Below are positions 1-11,835 of a DNA stretch of 64,000 nucleotides, piece after piece; positions within the stretch are counted from its first letter, which is position 1, and each line of letters starts with the position of its first letter. The stretch is from Eledone cirrhosa (lineage: Eukaryota). The stretch is from NCBI GenBank assembly GCA_964016885.1, contig OZ024741.1:404550001-404614000 (forward strand), written 5' to 3'. The position numbers and the translations under genes were made by a program. The notes below the pieces were generated by a model. That model did no database searches. It had not been told where the DNA came from and saw only the letters and a list, made by a program, of their open reading frames with translations.

Positions 1-2240
1 TCACCTCGTTCCAGTTTTTCTCCCCGAGCTGCTTCACCGGTTCCTCCGTCCAGCGTCCGACAACGTCATCGGAAGGCATCGGTTTGCCTCTCCACGATCT
101 GAGTTGCAAACCGACGGACTTGTTCCGGTTCAGCTTCGCTCCTGTGAACCTTTCGTATTCCTTCAGTAAGGTGCCGACTTCCCCGATTTGCGAGGTGCTC
201 GACACCATTACTGTCATGTCCTCGGCGTAGGCCGACGCCACTTTTGGCAGTCCCGGTTCCAATGGGATGCCCTGCAACAGCTCCAACTTCCGCAGTAGTG
301 GGTCGAGAGTCAGTACGTACAGAAGGAAGGAGAGAGGGCATCCCTGTCGGATGGATCGCGTGATATGGAACGGCTCTGAGACGTAGCCGTTCACCTTGAC
401 CCTTGAGCAGTTGTTGCTGTTGTGCATTGCAGCAATCCAGCCCCTGAACACGGGACCGAAGCCTTCCGCCGCCAGCACCGCATTCAGGTAACGATGGTCA
501 ACCCTATCGAAAGCCTTAGACTGATCCAAGTTGATCAGGGCTCCACCGAAGCCGGGTTTACACATACCCTCTCTATGATGTATCGCATGAGGTGGAGGTT
601 GTCGTGTATGGACCTGGTCGGGATTGCGCATGTCTGCGCTTCTCCCACCAGGTTTTCGACGACAAGCGCCAGCCTCTTTGCCAACACCTTGGCCATAATC
701 TGTAACTCTGTGCTTAGCAGAGTTATGGGCCTGAGGTTATTAATGTCGTCCGCCTTGTTCTCGTCCTTCCTGACCAGCGTGACTACGCCCTTGATCACAG
801 AACTGTGAATTCTCCCGTTCTGCTGCCAATTGCAGTAGACCGCTTCCAGGAGATCGGAGAACAAGTCCGGCATTGCTACGTAAAATTCGTACGGTAGACC
901 GTCGAGACCTGGAGATTTGCGTTAGCCGTATTGGCTCAGTGCGCCCCGAAACTCAGCGGCCGAAATCGGCCTTTCGCAGAACTTCGCCTAGCTGTCCGAG
1001 AGTCACGGTAGGCCGTCGAGGTATGGACCGAAATCCATAGCCCCTCCCGGCGCGCCACCCTGCCCGAACAGTTGAGGAAAGTGCCGCTGAAAGGCCGCGC
1101 ATATTGGCTTCGGCTCACGTATCACGCGTCCGTCTTGCTCCTTCAAAGACCGAATCGTGGACTTGTTGCCACTTTTCGCCTCCGTCACTCGGGCCCAGCT
1201 AACAGCTTTGGCTCCCTCGTTTCCCAGAGCACGTATTTTGCTTCTGACAACGCAACCTTCATGCTTTGCGTCGAAGAACTGGTCCAAGGCCGTTCTCGTT
1301 GCTAGCACGCTGGCTACGTTGCCACTCCTAAGTGCCCCTTCTACTTTATCTACCAGTTCCTTTTCGGTCTTATTTCTATCTAACACCAATTCTTTACTGA
1401 AACCTATCGAGTCTAATCTAACTGCCCTCTTGAGAGAGTACCACCATCTGATGTTGACAATGGCCCCCGCCAAGTGCTGCTTAACTAAAGTGCTAATCCG
1501 TCCACTGTAGGTTTTGCATGTCGGTAGTAGCTGAGTCCCTGTCTATGGGTTTTGTCAAGGTTGACTAAGCAGGTCACTAATTTGTGATCTGAATAGGCAA
1601 CCATGAACATTTGTGGACAGCTTAACATGTCCATATCCTTCTTTCTAACTAGAACCCTATCTACGTGCGATCTAGATGTTCCGCTACGATTACTCCACGT
1701 CCACAGTGGCACAGTCGGAAAATCTAGTCGATATCTATCGGCCAGGTCAAATCGGCCGATTAACTGTTTGAGGCTGTTATACCCCCTTCTATCGGGACAT
1801 CCTCCCACATAGTCCCAACGTGCATTTGGATTCCAGTCCAGTCTCGCACTAACAGCAGGGAGCGGGACGTTCCCAGAAAAGTCTATAGACGTTTGAAGAA
1901 GTCTGGCCGCGTGTCCCGGATGGGGCATATGCGGCCACCAGCCTGAAGGCTCCACCTTCACTACCTTCAACGTCTAGAACCACCAGTACCGTCTGTGTTA
2001 CGAGGTCCAGGTGTTTCCGCAGCAAAACGGCAACCCAACCCCCACCTCCCGGCTGACAGTGAGATGCGTAGATCTAAAAGTCGTCGAAGATGGGGGCAGT
2101 TGTCGCTCGCTGTGGATCCTGGACTCGCACATGCCTACTACATCCATGCTGTGCGACCTGAGGTCGTTTAAGAGTTTGCCCTTTTTCTAGGGCATCCCCA
2201 GGCCGCGTACATTCACACATCCAACTCTTATATTGGCCAT
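1..2240 (-). pseudogene. Decayed Tx1/L1-clade non-LTR retrotransposon ORF2 (AP endonuclease + reverse transcriptase), running off the window start
   Basis: Minus strand starts MANIRVGCVNVRGL at 2240. APE motifs DWN, SHVDRVLV and SDHKLV lie in ORF 1485-1970. RT motifs NLRPITLL...AKVLAKRL (535-873), LDQSKAFDRV, RQGCPLSP and AYAED (YADD mutated) follow. Multiple stops and frameshifts. Confidence 0.9.
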
Positions 2241-2280
2241 GTTGGTGCTGAAAAGTTAACAGAAGAGGAAAAGAAATCAC

Positions 2281-3060
2281 TCACCTCTTCGTCTCTTGAG
2301 GACCAGGCTGCACAATTTCCATGGGGGTGTTGGAGGGGTTGTTTGGTGGGGTGGTGGTCTCTGGAGGGGTTTGGACAGAGATGTTTGGTGGGGAGGGGGT
2401 GTCTGGTGGGATGGGAGTGGGGGTGGGGAAACATTTTAATAGGACTCGATTGTAGGGTTTGATGCAGGGTTTAACTACGTCGTTAGGAAATGTTTCTTTT
2501 AACTGTTTATGTGTGTCCATGGAGGTCCTAATCATTTTAAGATTAGGATTCTCCGAAGAGTGTGTAAAAGTTTTCCCTTCGGTCTCCACCGAAGGGTTTT
2601 TATATATGGTGTCTGTTAAAGTTTTATTGTTAGTATTTATGTAGGTGTAACATTTTTGTTGTGTTGGGTTGCTTTTTATCTGTGGCTCTTGTGTGTGTTT
2701 ACATTTTGTAGTAGGTGTTTTGTTTTCAGGAGGGGGTGTTTTTGTTTGTGTTGTTTGCGTCGCTTGTGTTGGTGTTTGTGTTTGTTGCATTTTTGTTTGT
2801 GGTTTGTCTTTTCTTTTTTCTTTTTACTGGTCGGAAAGGCTCTCCCTCACTGGGTGACGATGATGAGGCCTCATCCGTGTTGTTGGGGAGGGTTACGTTT
2901 TGGGGGGCTGTTATGTGTGTGGGTGTTTATGGAGTTGTTTTAGGTGGGGAGGGGTTGGATGGGACTGTGTTTGTCGTTTGTCTTGTTGTCACTATTTTTT
3001 TTATGTTGTTGTTGTTGTGGTGGTGGTGGTGATTGGTTTGCTGATGTTGCAGGTGTTGGC
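2281..3060 (-). pseudogene. Low-complexity ORF1 C-terminal remnant of the same LINE
   Basis: Thr/Pro/Gln-rich coding-like sequence with DEASSSSPSEGEPFRPVKRKKKR, directly upstream of the ORF2 ATG on the same strand. Confidence 0.5.
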
Positions 3061-3061
3061 A

Positions 3062-3998
3062 GTAGATAGATAGATAGATAAATTTCTTTATTAGCCACAA
3101 GGGCACAAAAGAAGGGGACAAATACAAATGGGGAGTTTACATGCAGGTATATGAAAATAAAACTATTAATAAAATAACAAATAACAATTGATATCCCCAA
3201 TAGGGGGGAGGTGTTACACAGGGGTTGTACACACCCCGAAACAATGTACAACCCTCATCTCCAGGAGCACCAAGAGTGAGTACTCCCTTCCTCTCTTCCT
3301 CTTTTTCCTCAACCTACAGGCTTATATAGAGAGAAGACCCAATCACTTGGGCCATCTTTTCCTCATTCACCCCCACCTTTTATAAAATTTGCTGGGGTAC
3401 AGCACCGCTCTCTCCATCCTGATTCTTCTTCCAAAATGATATTTGAAAAAACGAATCAGTTGCTTGCCGGAGAGAAAGGTGTCTGACCTCAGATCTGTTA
3501 ACCTCGTCCACCATATAACCTCTTTCACCATAGCTATCACACGAAGGAAAACCGCCTCTCCCTCGTTTTTGAAGGAGGGTGGCGGTTTGATCATGACAAT
3601 AGACTTGGTGGTCAACTGGATTGGTCCCACCCGCAACAATAGTCGTTCTACATAGCCCCACAGGTCGGTCACGCCCAGGCAGTGTACAAATGTGTGCGCG
3701 ACGGTTTCCACGTCGCGCAGGCACCTCGGACAGATCTTTTTCGAAGTGTCCCTACCCGGGCGCCCGTGTCTGTAGGGCTTCTCTCGAACTGGTAGAGCTC
3801 CTCGGTAGCACTACCAGGCCAGGGACTTTTGGAAGTTGTCCATTGGTCCCAGGCGGAGGGTCCGACCGAACAGACTGGCCAGTTCGTCCTCCTCTACGCC
3901 TAGAGTTTCTCCGAGCGTGTCGTCGCACTTGCTGCGGACCAAACCTCTATAGAATGTCGAAGTGGAGTCTCCACTGATCGCCGAGCCCGTTTGCCAGA
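3062..3998 (-). mobile_element. 5'-truncated 3' end of a Tx1-type LINE (zf-RVT/CCHC C-terminus, 3'UTR, AATAAA, (TATC)n tail)
   Basis: Translation gives NFQKSLAW...CPRCLRDVETVAHTFVHC...FYKRW. The minus strand ends gctAATAAAgaaatt(tatc)n at ~3062-3095. Confidence 0.85.
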
Positions 3999-3999
3999 G

Positions 4000-4560
4000 G
4001 ACACACATATACACCCACATATATACACACACATATACACACACATATTTACACACACACATACGCACACACACACACATATATACACACACACATATAC
4101 ATACACACATATACACACATATACACACACATATACACACACACATATACACACACATTAAGACACACACCTATATACATACACACACATATACACACAT
4201 ATACACACGCATATACGCACACACATATACACAAATACACACACACAAACGCACACACATACACACACACATATACATATACACATATACACACACACAT
4301 ATACACACACACAAATGTATATATACATATGTACACACCTGTAAACATGCCAATATTGGGAAAAAATAAAAGGAAGCGTGCTGACACACATACACACACA
4401 CCATATATATGTGTGCGTGCGTATTTATATACATATAAACATGTATATATATATATATGTGTGTATGTGTGTATATGTATATATATGATATATATGTATG
4501 TGTGTATATATATATATATAGAGAGAGAGAGAGAAGGGGAGAGAGAGAGAGAGAGAGAGA
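4000..4560. repeat. Compound (CA)n/(TA)n/(GA)n microsatellite
   Basis: Directly visible. Confidence 0.97.
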
Positions 4561-4699
4561 AAACAAGTCAGGAAAGAGAGTCGTAGAGAAAATAAGTGAA
4601 GGGGCAATTTAATTTCCTTATAGATTGCTTCTTCATTTTAAATCCAAATAGAGAAAGAGCAACAATAACAAGATATTTTAGTCACATGTAGAGATCTTG

Positions 4700-5040
4700 A
4701 ACTGTGTGTGTATGACAGCCCACATCTATGTGTGTGTGTGTGTGTGTGACAGCTCACGCCTCTGTATGTGTGACAGCCCACGCCTATGTGTGTGTGAGAG
4801 CCCACACCTATGCAGGTTTAGCTGGCCTCCTCCAAGGTATATCTCGTTGGAGGTGTCTTTGGTAATTTAATGATAGGGACCCCAGTCCTATCATCTCTTT
4901 TCTACAGCTGAGTAAACTGGAACAACGTGAAATAAAGTGTCTTGCTCAAGGAAACAACACATCACCCGGTCCGAGAATTGAACTCACAACCTTTCGATTG
5001 CGAGCCCAATGCTCTAACCACTAAGCCATGCGCCTTCACA
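4700..5040 (-). mobile_element. tRNA-derived SINE (family A) with reiterated 3' terminal unit and (CA)n tail
   Basis: Minus strand reads gtgaaggcgcatggcttagtggttagagc (A box) ... gagttcaattctc (B box) ... ccttgagcaagacacttt. Similar copies at 10765, 19828, 26315 and 61333. Confidence 0.8.
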
Positions 5041-5194
5041 TGCTTGAAGTCTGTTTCATAATAATCTGCTAATTACATCTGGACTCTTCATATTCTACTA
5101 TTTTAATAAGAATAAACACAGAAATAGCAGAGAAAATCCTCCGTTAATATCTTACTATCATCAGAAAAGAAATTATTTTGCAGTAATAATTTTC

Positions 5195-5580
5195 AGTCGG
5201 CACCAGCTTCTTGGTATTGCTCAAATATGTTCCAGTTCAAGATCTCTCCTCCCCCCCCCCCTCTCTCTCGTTCTCTCTCTCTCTTTCTCACACACACATA
5301 CACACAGACACACACATACACACACTCTCTCCCTCTTTATCTCTCTCTCCTCTCTCTCTCTCTCCCTCTCTTTATCTCTCTCTCTCTTTCTCTTTCTCTT
5401 TCTCTCCCTCTCTTTATCTCTCTTTCTCCTCTCTCTCTCTCTTTCTCTTTCTCTCTTTCTTTCTCAGGAAGAAATCGATGATGTTAAAACCTGGAAAGGC
5501 ATGCCCTCCACTATGTTCAAAAGGCCCAAGTCACGTATGTCAGTCCGATGCCCCTACGACTCTATCAGGATTTACAGGCT
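5195..5580 (+). mobile_element. Degraded SINE family C relic with expanded internal (CT)n/(CA)n tract
   Basis: 5467-5580 (ggaagaaatc...acctgga...gcccctacgactctatcagga) matches the tails of the SINEs at 25478 and 62245. Confidence 0.6.
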
Positions 5581-5826
5581 GCTGCATATTTAGATATATG
5601 TATGTTTTATCAATGAATATGTACTGAACTCTTGTGGAAAAACAAGGTGAAATGATTAATAAGTTTGCAGTGATAGGTTCCTGGTTTGATACCACTGTGT
5701 TATCTTGAGCAGGTGCCACTTACCATAGCTTTGTATTTACTTAAGTTTTGGGTGTGGAAAGTGTTTGGATACTTATCAAATAGACTTTCTCTCAAATTGA
5801 GAGGGTCAACTTGTCACACTGTATTA

Positions 5827-6205
5827 TGCTGACTCACACTGAAAATTACGAAAGGTATATAGTGTACACGTGTATGTGGAAAGTTGAGTCACTTCCATTT
5901 CAATTTCACAAACAATATAAACAGTTATATTTAATGTTAATGGTGTGATATAAATATTAGATATTTCTTAACTTTACAAAGTTAAGAGAAAGAGGTGTGG
6001 GATCTTGTCAGTTGACTGTTGATATAGAACCTCATAGTATTTGAAGACGCAGAGGAGGGGCAGCTTAGCCTCACTTTGTTATGCTGAATCTCACTGAAAA
6101 TTACGAAAGGTATACATTGTACACGTGTCTGTGGAATATTGAGTCGCTTTCATTTTCACTTTGACAATAAAGATGACAAAGTTATATTGAATGATAATGG
6201 TGTGG
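5827..6205. repeat. Diverged direct duplication (~120-bp unit, copies at ~5827 and ~6082)
   Basis: cactgaaaattacgaaaggtata..tgtacacgtgt.tgtggaa.ttgagtc occurs twice. Confidence 0.8.
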
Positions 6206-6344
6206 TAGAAGATCCAGTCACACAGCAGTCGTAATCAAAATGGCTAATGTAAACCACGGGAAATGGACTATGTGAAGTCACAGATCCTTTGGCCGTCTAA
6301 AAACATCTGACTGATAAAATGACAAGTCAGTCAATCATATTGGT

Positions 6345-6650
6345 GGCCTCCCCACAGCCCCGGCGGACAGAATAGAGAAGGCGTTTCCTCAGGGGACGGC
6401 AAGGGAGACGTGCTGGAAAAGTCATTCCAGCTCACGGGGCTCAGACCTGCGGCTGACCAGCTCAGCGTCTATGGTGGTGAGTAGGGAAGTAGCCCTAGGA
6501 GCGAGGACACCAGAAGTCTCCACTGCCAAGGGTACAACCCCAAACCTGTCGGAGAGTGACCAGTATTTGAAGAGTTTGGCCTCCTCAGCCCGACGTGCAG
6601 CAGAACCTGGGTTAGTCGCAGACTGCACCAGGTTGCGGCTGAAGAACATA
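6345..6650 (-). mobile_element. CRE-type (RLE) non-LTR retrotransposon C-terminal relic
   Basis: AARRAEEAKLFKY...VVPLAVETSG...LFQHVSLAV..GNA is the typical end of a restriction-like endonuclease domain. Confidence 0.75.
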
Positions 6651-7254
6651 CTGGGTATTTCTAAACCTTACAAAGTCAAAAAGATTGACAAATATTTCTG
6701 TATGTTTTCCCTTTCTATTTCATTGTCTTTTCTATAACCAAAAATAACTAGAACCATATTTTTGTACATTTTTTCTAAGACTATTTTATTCATACAAATA
6801 GAAACTTTATTATTAATAATCTTTGAAGACGAAGGGGAGGAGAGTAGCCGTTAATGGATTACAAGAAATAGTTGAATGAAATATAATTGGTCTATTTTAG
6901 ATTCTAATTAAGCGAAAACGAAATTTTAATTAGTTCCCAACACGTATTCATTATCTGCTTAAAGTACTAACTATAAATATCTATGAGAAACTAGAAAAGA
7001 TATATTTTTTTCAGTTTTGAGTGGGTGGGGTTGTATTATTTATAATGATCCGTCTTATATATTTCAATAATTATTTGATCACTTGTTCATTTCATCTCAC
7101 TTTGTTTTATTTCAAGCCTATTGGCTTCAAAATATTGAAGAAAATACAAAACTAATTTACAATAAAAATTTGCAATGAAAATGTATTCAAAATTAAAGCT
7201 TCGGGTATAATTTAAAAGTGTGATATATATATATACATATACATAATGTCTCGC

Positions 7255-7297
<43 letters not shown>

Positions 7298-7343
7298 ATA
7301 CATATACATAGATACATTATATATATATATATATATATATATA

Positions 7344-8237
7344 CGAGGTGTGTCAGAAAAGTTCCAGGACTGATGTCACAAAAGATTTATCTCAAATCCA
7401 AACTTCACACTAAGAGTTTTCTCCTTCAAAGTAATCCCCCTGTAGTCTAATGCACTTTTCCATCTTTTTTGCCAGGCTTGCATGCACTCCTGGAAGGATT
7501 CTTCCGGGATCCTCCGCAGTTCCGTCGTCACGGTCTTTTTGATGTCGTCCACGTCTTCAAAACGGGTCCCCTTGATGACCCCCTTGAGCATCCATGACTC
7601 ATCACCGGTGATGACTGTCCTAGCAAGTCTGGTTCGGTTTCAAGACGATCGAGGATGTCCTGGCACACTTGTATGCGTCGACCCTTCTGGTCATCATTCA
7701 GCAGTTTTGGCACCATCTTCGCGCAAACTTTCCGCATGTCCAAATCTTCAGTGAGAATCTTCCAGACGCTGTCCCGATTCATGCCCAGCTCATTTGCCAC
7801 CAGTCGAACAGTCAACCGACGATTGCTACGCACCATCTGCCTGACGCGCTCAACGTTGACCTCAGTCCTGTTTGTTGAGGGCCTTCCGCTCCTGGGGTCA
7901 TCTTCCACGTCCTCGCGTCCTTCTTTAAACCTCTTTCACCACTCAGAAACACGTGAGCGTGACATCGTGTCATCTCCATACACTTGTTGCAGCAATCCCA
8001 GTGCTTCTGACAGAGTTTTCCCCAAAGGTTCGTTTCTCTGTGCTCATTGCTTGACGAACTGAAACAGAGGACATGTATATAAAATTATGAAGAAAAAAGT
8101 TTGAACGCTGCAGAGAGCTAAGATTACAGTTACATACTCCAGGGGGATTACTTTGAAGGAGAAAACTCTTAGTGTGAAGTTTGGGTTTCAAATAAATCAT
8201 TTGTGACATCAGTCCTGGAACTTTTCTGACACACTAG
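7344..8237 (-). mobile_element. Internally deleted mariner transposon with ~100-bp TIRs
   Basis: TIR cgaggtgtgtcagaaaagttccaggactgatgtcaca...gtaatcccc at 7344 and its reverse complement at ~8140-8237. The transposase HTH region (EDDPRSGRPST...RKVCAKMVPKLL) and first catalytic D (ITGDESW) are joined directly to the C-terminus (KGTRFEDVDDIK...WQKRW). Confidence 0.9.
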
Positions 8238-8376
8238 TCCAGAAATAGCCGTCGAAACGGCTTGAGCTCTGCCGTCGGGGTCTTGAACATTTCCCTACTA
8301 CCCACTCTACTACTCTAAGTACTGAGTACTCTGGTGCGTTATGGTCCATCTGGTTCCTTACCACAATTCCTTCGTT
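8238..8376 (+). mobile_element. Penelope-like terminal-repeat fragment with the 3' half of a hammerhead-like motif
   Basis: Homologous to 62700-62836. Contains agccgtc-GAAA-cggc..gccg-TC-ggggtc and is followed by (TA)n. Confidence 0.5.
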
Positions 8377-8381
8377 ATATA

Positions 8382-8434
<53 letters not shown>

Positions 8435-8987
8435 TTTATATATATATATATATATATAACATGTCTGTTGAGCACTCTGATTCGATATGTGATAATTTGT
8501 CTTGTTACATAATTTACACATTACCGAATTCTTTCGCTAAAATAAGGGTTCCCTCCCTTGCTGAATACCATGTGCGTCATTCGGCTTCGGGGCCTTTCTA
8601 TACTGTGGAACTAAAGACTCCTTGATAAAGCTTTCCTTGTTCCCCTCTTCTCTATGAGCCTTATATATCTTTTATTGGGCTGATGGTGTTCAGATTAAGG
8701 AATTGCAGAAACCCAAGAAGCTAGATTTACCATCATTCTAGCGGGTCCGGGAAAGTTTTACATTCATTTAATTTATTAATTTATTGATATTTTATTTGAT
8801 TGACCCGAATCTTCCTGGTCGTTTATTTTCGGCTGCATGGGTGATTTTAGGCATGACCTCTATGTGTTGGTATTTTAACGATAGTTATAGCTCTGATTTT
8901 TCCCAATTATTGAGCCCTCTGCCACATATATCGGATATTGTTTATCGTGATTTCGTGGGCTGAAATTCCGATTCTCGATTATTCTAC

Positions 8988-9012
8988 TATATATATATAT
9001 ATATATATATAT

Positions 9013-9100
<88 letters not shown>

Positions 9101-9140
9101 CATATATATATATATTTATATATACATATATATATATATT

Positions 9141-9172
<32 letters not shown>

Positions 9173-9173
9173 C

Positions 9174-9213
<40 letters not shown>

Positions 9214-9218
9214 TATAC

Positions 9219-9280
<62 letters not shown>
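8988..9280. repeat. (TA)n microsatellite
   Basis: Directly visible. Confidence 0.97.
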
Positions 9281-9494
9281 GGGAAGGGTATATATATCAT
9301 TTTTGGAAACTCTGCTTCGAAAGATCGAGACGTATCTGGGGACCTTCCAATTTCAGAGTCAGGTTCGATCATCGCATCGATTGTGCCTCGAGCTGGTCGC
9401 CAGAGAAACGATCGTAATATTTCTAATAAATGTTATTCGTCGCAACACTGATTCTCCGTTTCTTATGTGATACATATATATATATATATATATA

Positions 9495-9736
9495 CAATTC
9501 TAACTGTAAATTCTCAGCATGTATGCCCTTTGGTCGAAAAGGTATCCGTACACTGTCTGATGAACTTATGATAAACACGCGAAACTCCAGAGTAGCAATA
9601 CTCATTGTTTAGCCTTAATAAAATGAATAATTAAATATTTAAAACTATTTCGGTATTGAGTACTCTTTTCACTCAACTGTCTCCCACAAGCGGATTCCTA
9701 GGTACTTATTGAATATATAGTCGCAATAACGTGTAA

Positions 9737-9740
<4 letters not shown>
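9495..9740 (+). mobile_element. Short Penelope-like insert in (TA)n carrying a minimal type-I hammerhead-like motif
   Basis: CTGATGA at 9557-9563, cGAAA at 9580-9584, stem III ACTC/GAGT and a GTA triplet, flanked by TA tracts. Confidence 0.5.
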
Positions 9741-9801
<61 letters not shown>

Positions 9802-9837
9802 AAAGAATAGAGGTGTAACATACAAGTTATGATATAT

Positions 9838-10454
9838 TGGTAAACGGAAAAGAAAATGCTGACAAATTGTTCACAGTGAAAAATAGTTTAATTAGGAATA
9901 AGTGAGAATTAGTAATAGTATTGGTTAGTATTCAGTTTTGGTTTTAAGTTTTACCGGTTGCGCATTTCTAATGCTTTTCAAAAATAATTTTGAGATAGAG
10001 CGTCCGTGATGTTCGCTCTAATCTGATTAGTTTTGGAAATTCTACCTGTTTTTATGTTAAAAAAGTGGCTCTAACGGTATTAAAATAAGTTTTGCGCCAA
10101 TTCGTGTTGCAAAAATTCTTGTGGTCAAAACAATTTTGATTGGTCGGTAGAGGTCATGTGAATGTTAAAAATTGATTTTGCGCCAAATGTAGGTTTGTGT
10201 CGGCTGATTGAGAAGTCACTGAAAAAAAATGTTTTTAACATAAAAACAGGTAGAATTTCCAAAACTAATCAGATTAGAGCAAACATCACGGACGCTCTAT
10301 CTCAAAATTATTTTTGAAAAGCATTAGAAATGCGCAACCGGTAAAACTTAAAACCAAAACTGAATACTAACCAATACTATTACTAATCCTCACTTATTCC
10401 TAATTAAACTATTTTTCACTGTGAACAATTTGTCAGCATTTTCTTTTCCGTTTA

Positions 10455-10457
<3 letters not shown>
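9838..10457. repeat. Long near-perfect inverted repeat (226-bp arms, ~170-bp spacer) in (TA)n, probably a Penelope-type tail-to-tail structure
   Basis: 9838-10063 is the reverse complement of 10232-10457, with about 2 mismatches seen. Confidence 0.9.
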
Positions 10458-10521
<64 letters not shown>

Positions 10522-10764
10522 GGGTAAAATTCCCGAGACGGTCTCCCTCTTCTAGTGTGCATATAAATGTGTGTGTATATCATACTGAAACGAAGTTATC
10601 GAATAGAACTGTAAACTAAATGTGATCCTGGACCACATTATATATTCTAAAGAATCGCTTGATCCACAAAATCCCAGACCTCATTTGCTTACAGAGTGAG
10701 GTGGAATTCGTCAGGTCCTACCAAGGAAATAATATTTCCATTGGTCTTTCCATTGTTGATACTA

Positions 10765-10915
10765 TCTACCGGTTGGAATGCCTGGCAGAAAGGGCAGCTT
10801 GAAATAAAGTGTCTTGTTCAAGAACATAACGCATTTCTCGGTCCGGGAATCGAACTCGCAAATTTACGAACGATTGCGAATCCAATTCTCTAACCACTTA
10901 GCCACAGGCCTTCAC
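10765..10915 (-). mobile_element. tRNA-derived SINE family A (head)
   Basis: Minus strand reads gtgaaggcctgtggctaagtggttagag...gttcgattccc...cttgaacaagacacttt. Confidence 0.75.
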
Positions 10916-11066
10916 ATTTTAAAGTATGTGTGGATGCAAAAGCTTGTATGAAAACAATTTATACCTTTTCACAAAAGCGTCTCTTACATTTTGCTGGAAT
11001 AAACTCAATCTGGCATAATATATTAAACCTTTTCAGTAAATGTATATTTTTTTGTGTTTTACTTAG

Positions 11067-11149
11067 AATTAAGAAAGTGTATGGTGATGCCGAGAAACTG
11101 GTGGCTGGATATTTTGTACATAATCCGTTTCCATGAACCTTGGATAGAG
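11067..11149 (+). other. Candidate isolated exon (83 nt) of an unidentified transcript
   Basis: Acceptor ttttttgtgttttacttAG and consensus donor GAG|GTAAGT. One frame is open: LRKCMVMPRNWWLDILYIIRFHEPWIE. Confidence 0.4.
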
Positions 11150-11638
11150 GTAAGTACCCAATATTGTAGATTCTTTAATACTGGGAGAATATTTTGCGAA
11201 GTTTTATTACTTCCAGTCAATAAAGTCCTGAAATACGGCACGTGATTCGAATCAATAGGCAATGCTTTGAAGTATTTTCCAATCTATCTAAAGTCAGAAT
11301 AGAATCTATATGAATTCAGTTAAGCAAATAATGGGTTAGTGATCTGTGTGACGTCACCACCACCACACTGTTATACTCTGAAACATATTGATCGCTACTT
11401 TCAGAATACATTGTAATGGATATCTGTTTTGAAGTATTGTGGGTTTAATCTCGGATTTTCTCGTAGGACTGCGGAAACCAGGTGAAAATAGCCAGATTTC
11501 TTTTCACTTAAATCCCACACATTCATACAGTCATCATTCCTGACACCAAGATCCCATGAAGTTCTGGTAACCTTCTTTTCGTACCTCCTTCTTCTTCATT
11601 GTGTCATAACTTATTCGTTTAGAGCTGAAATATTACTA

Positions 11639-11835
11639 CGAGGGTCGGTTGAAATATTCAGAGGCTGGAAAGTCCATAGGCAGACCAAGATACTCTCATG
11701 GAATGATCGAATGAGGTTTATTTTTCAACATATTCCCTAGAAAGAAACAATGCAGTTATCAATAAGAAGAGTTGAAATTAATGCCTTCAAGATTTCACAG
11801 CCCTAGCATCACTCCTTCAAAGTCAGCCTAACTCG
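11639..11835. mobile_element. Mariner-type MITE (~200 bp), right TIR partly deleted
   Basis: TA-cgagggtcggttgaaa...ctcg-TA, with an internal match to 61785-61981. Confidence 0.75.

Noticed and set aside
3811-4607. Cys/Val/Tyr/Ile-rich ORFs here and at 8.9, 19.1-19.9, 48.5-49.2, 53 and 59.7 kb
   Set aside because: They are translations of dinucleotide and tetranucleotide microsatellites.
5468-5535. Apparent exon after the (CT)n tract (ctcAG...GTATGT)
   Set aside because: The sequence is the tail of SINE family C, found four more times in the window.
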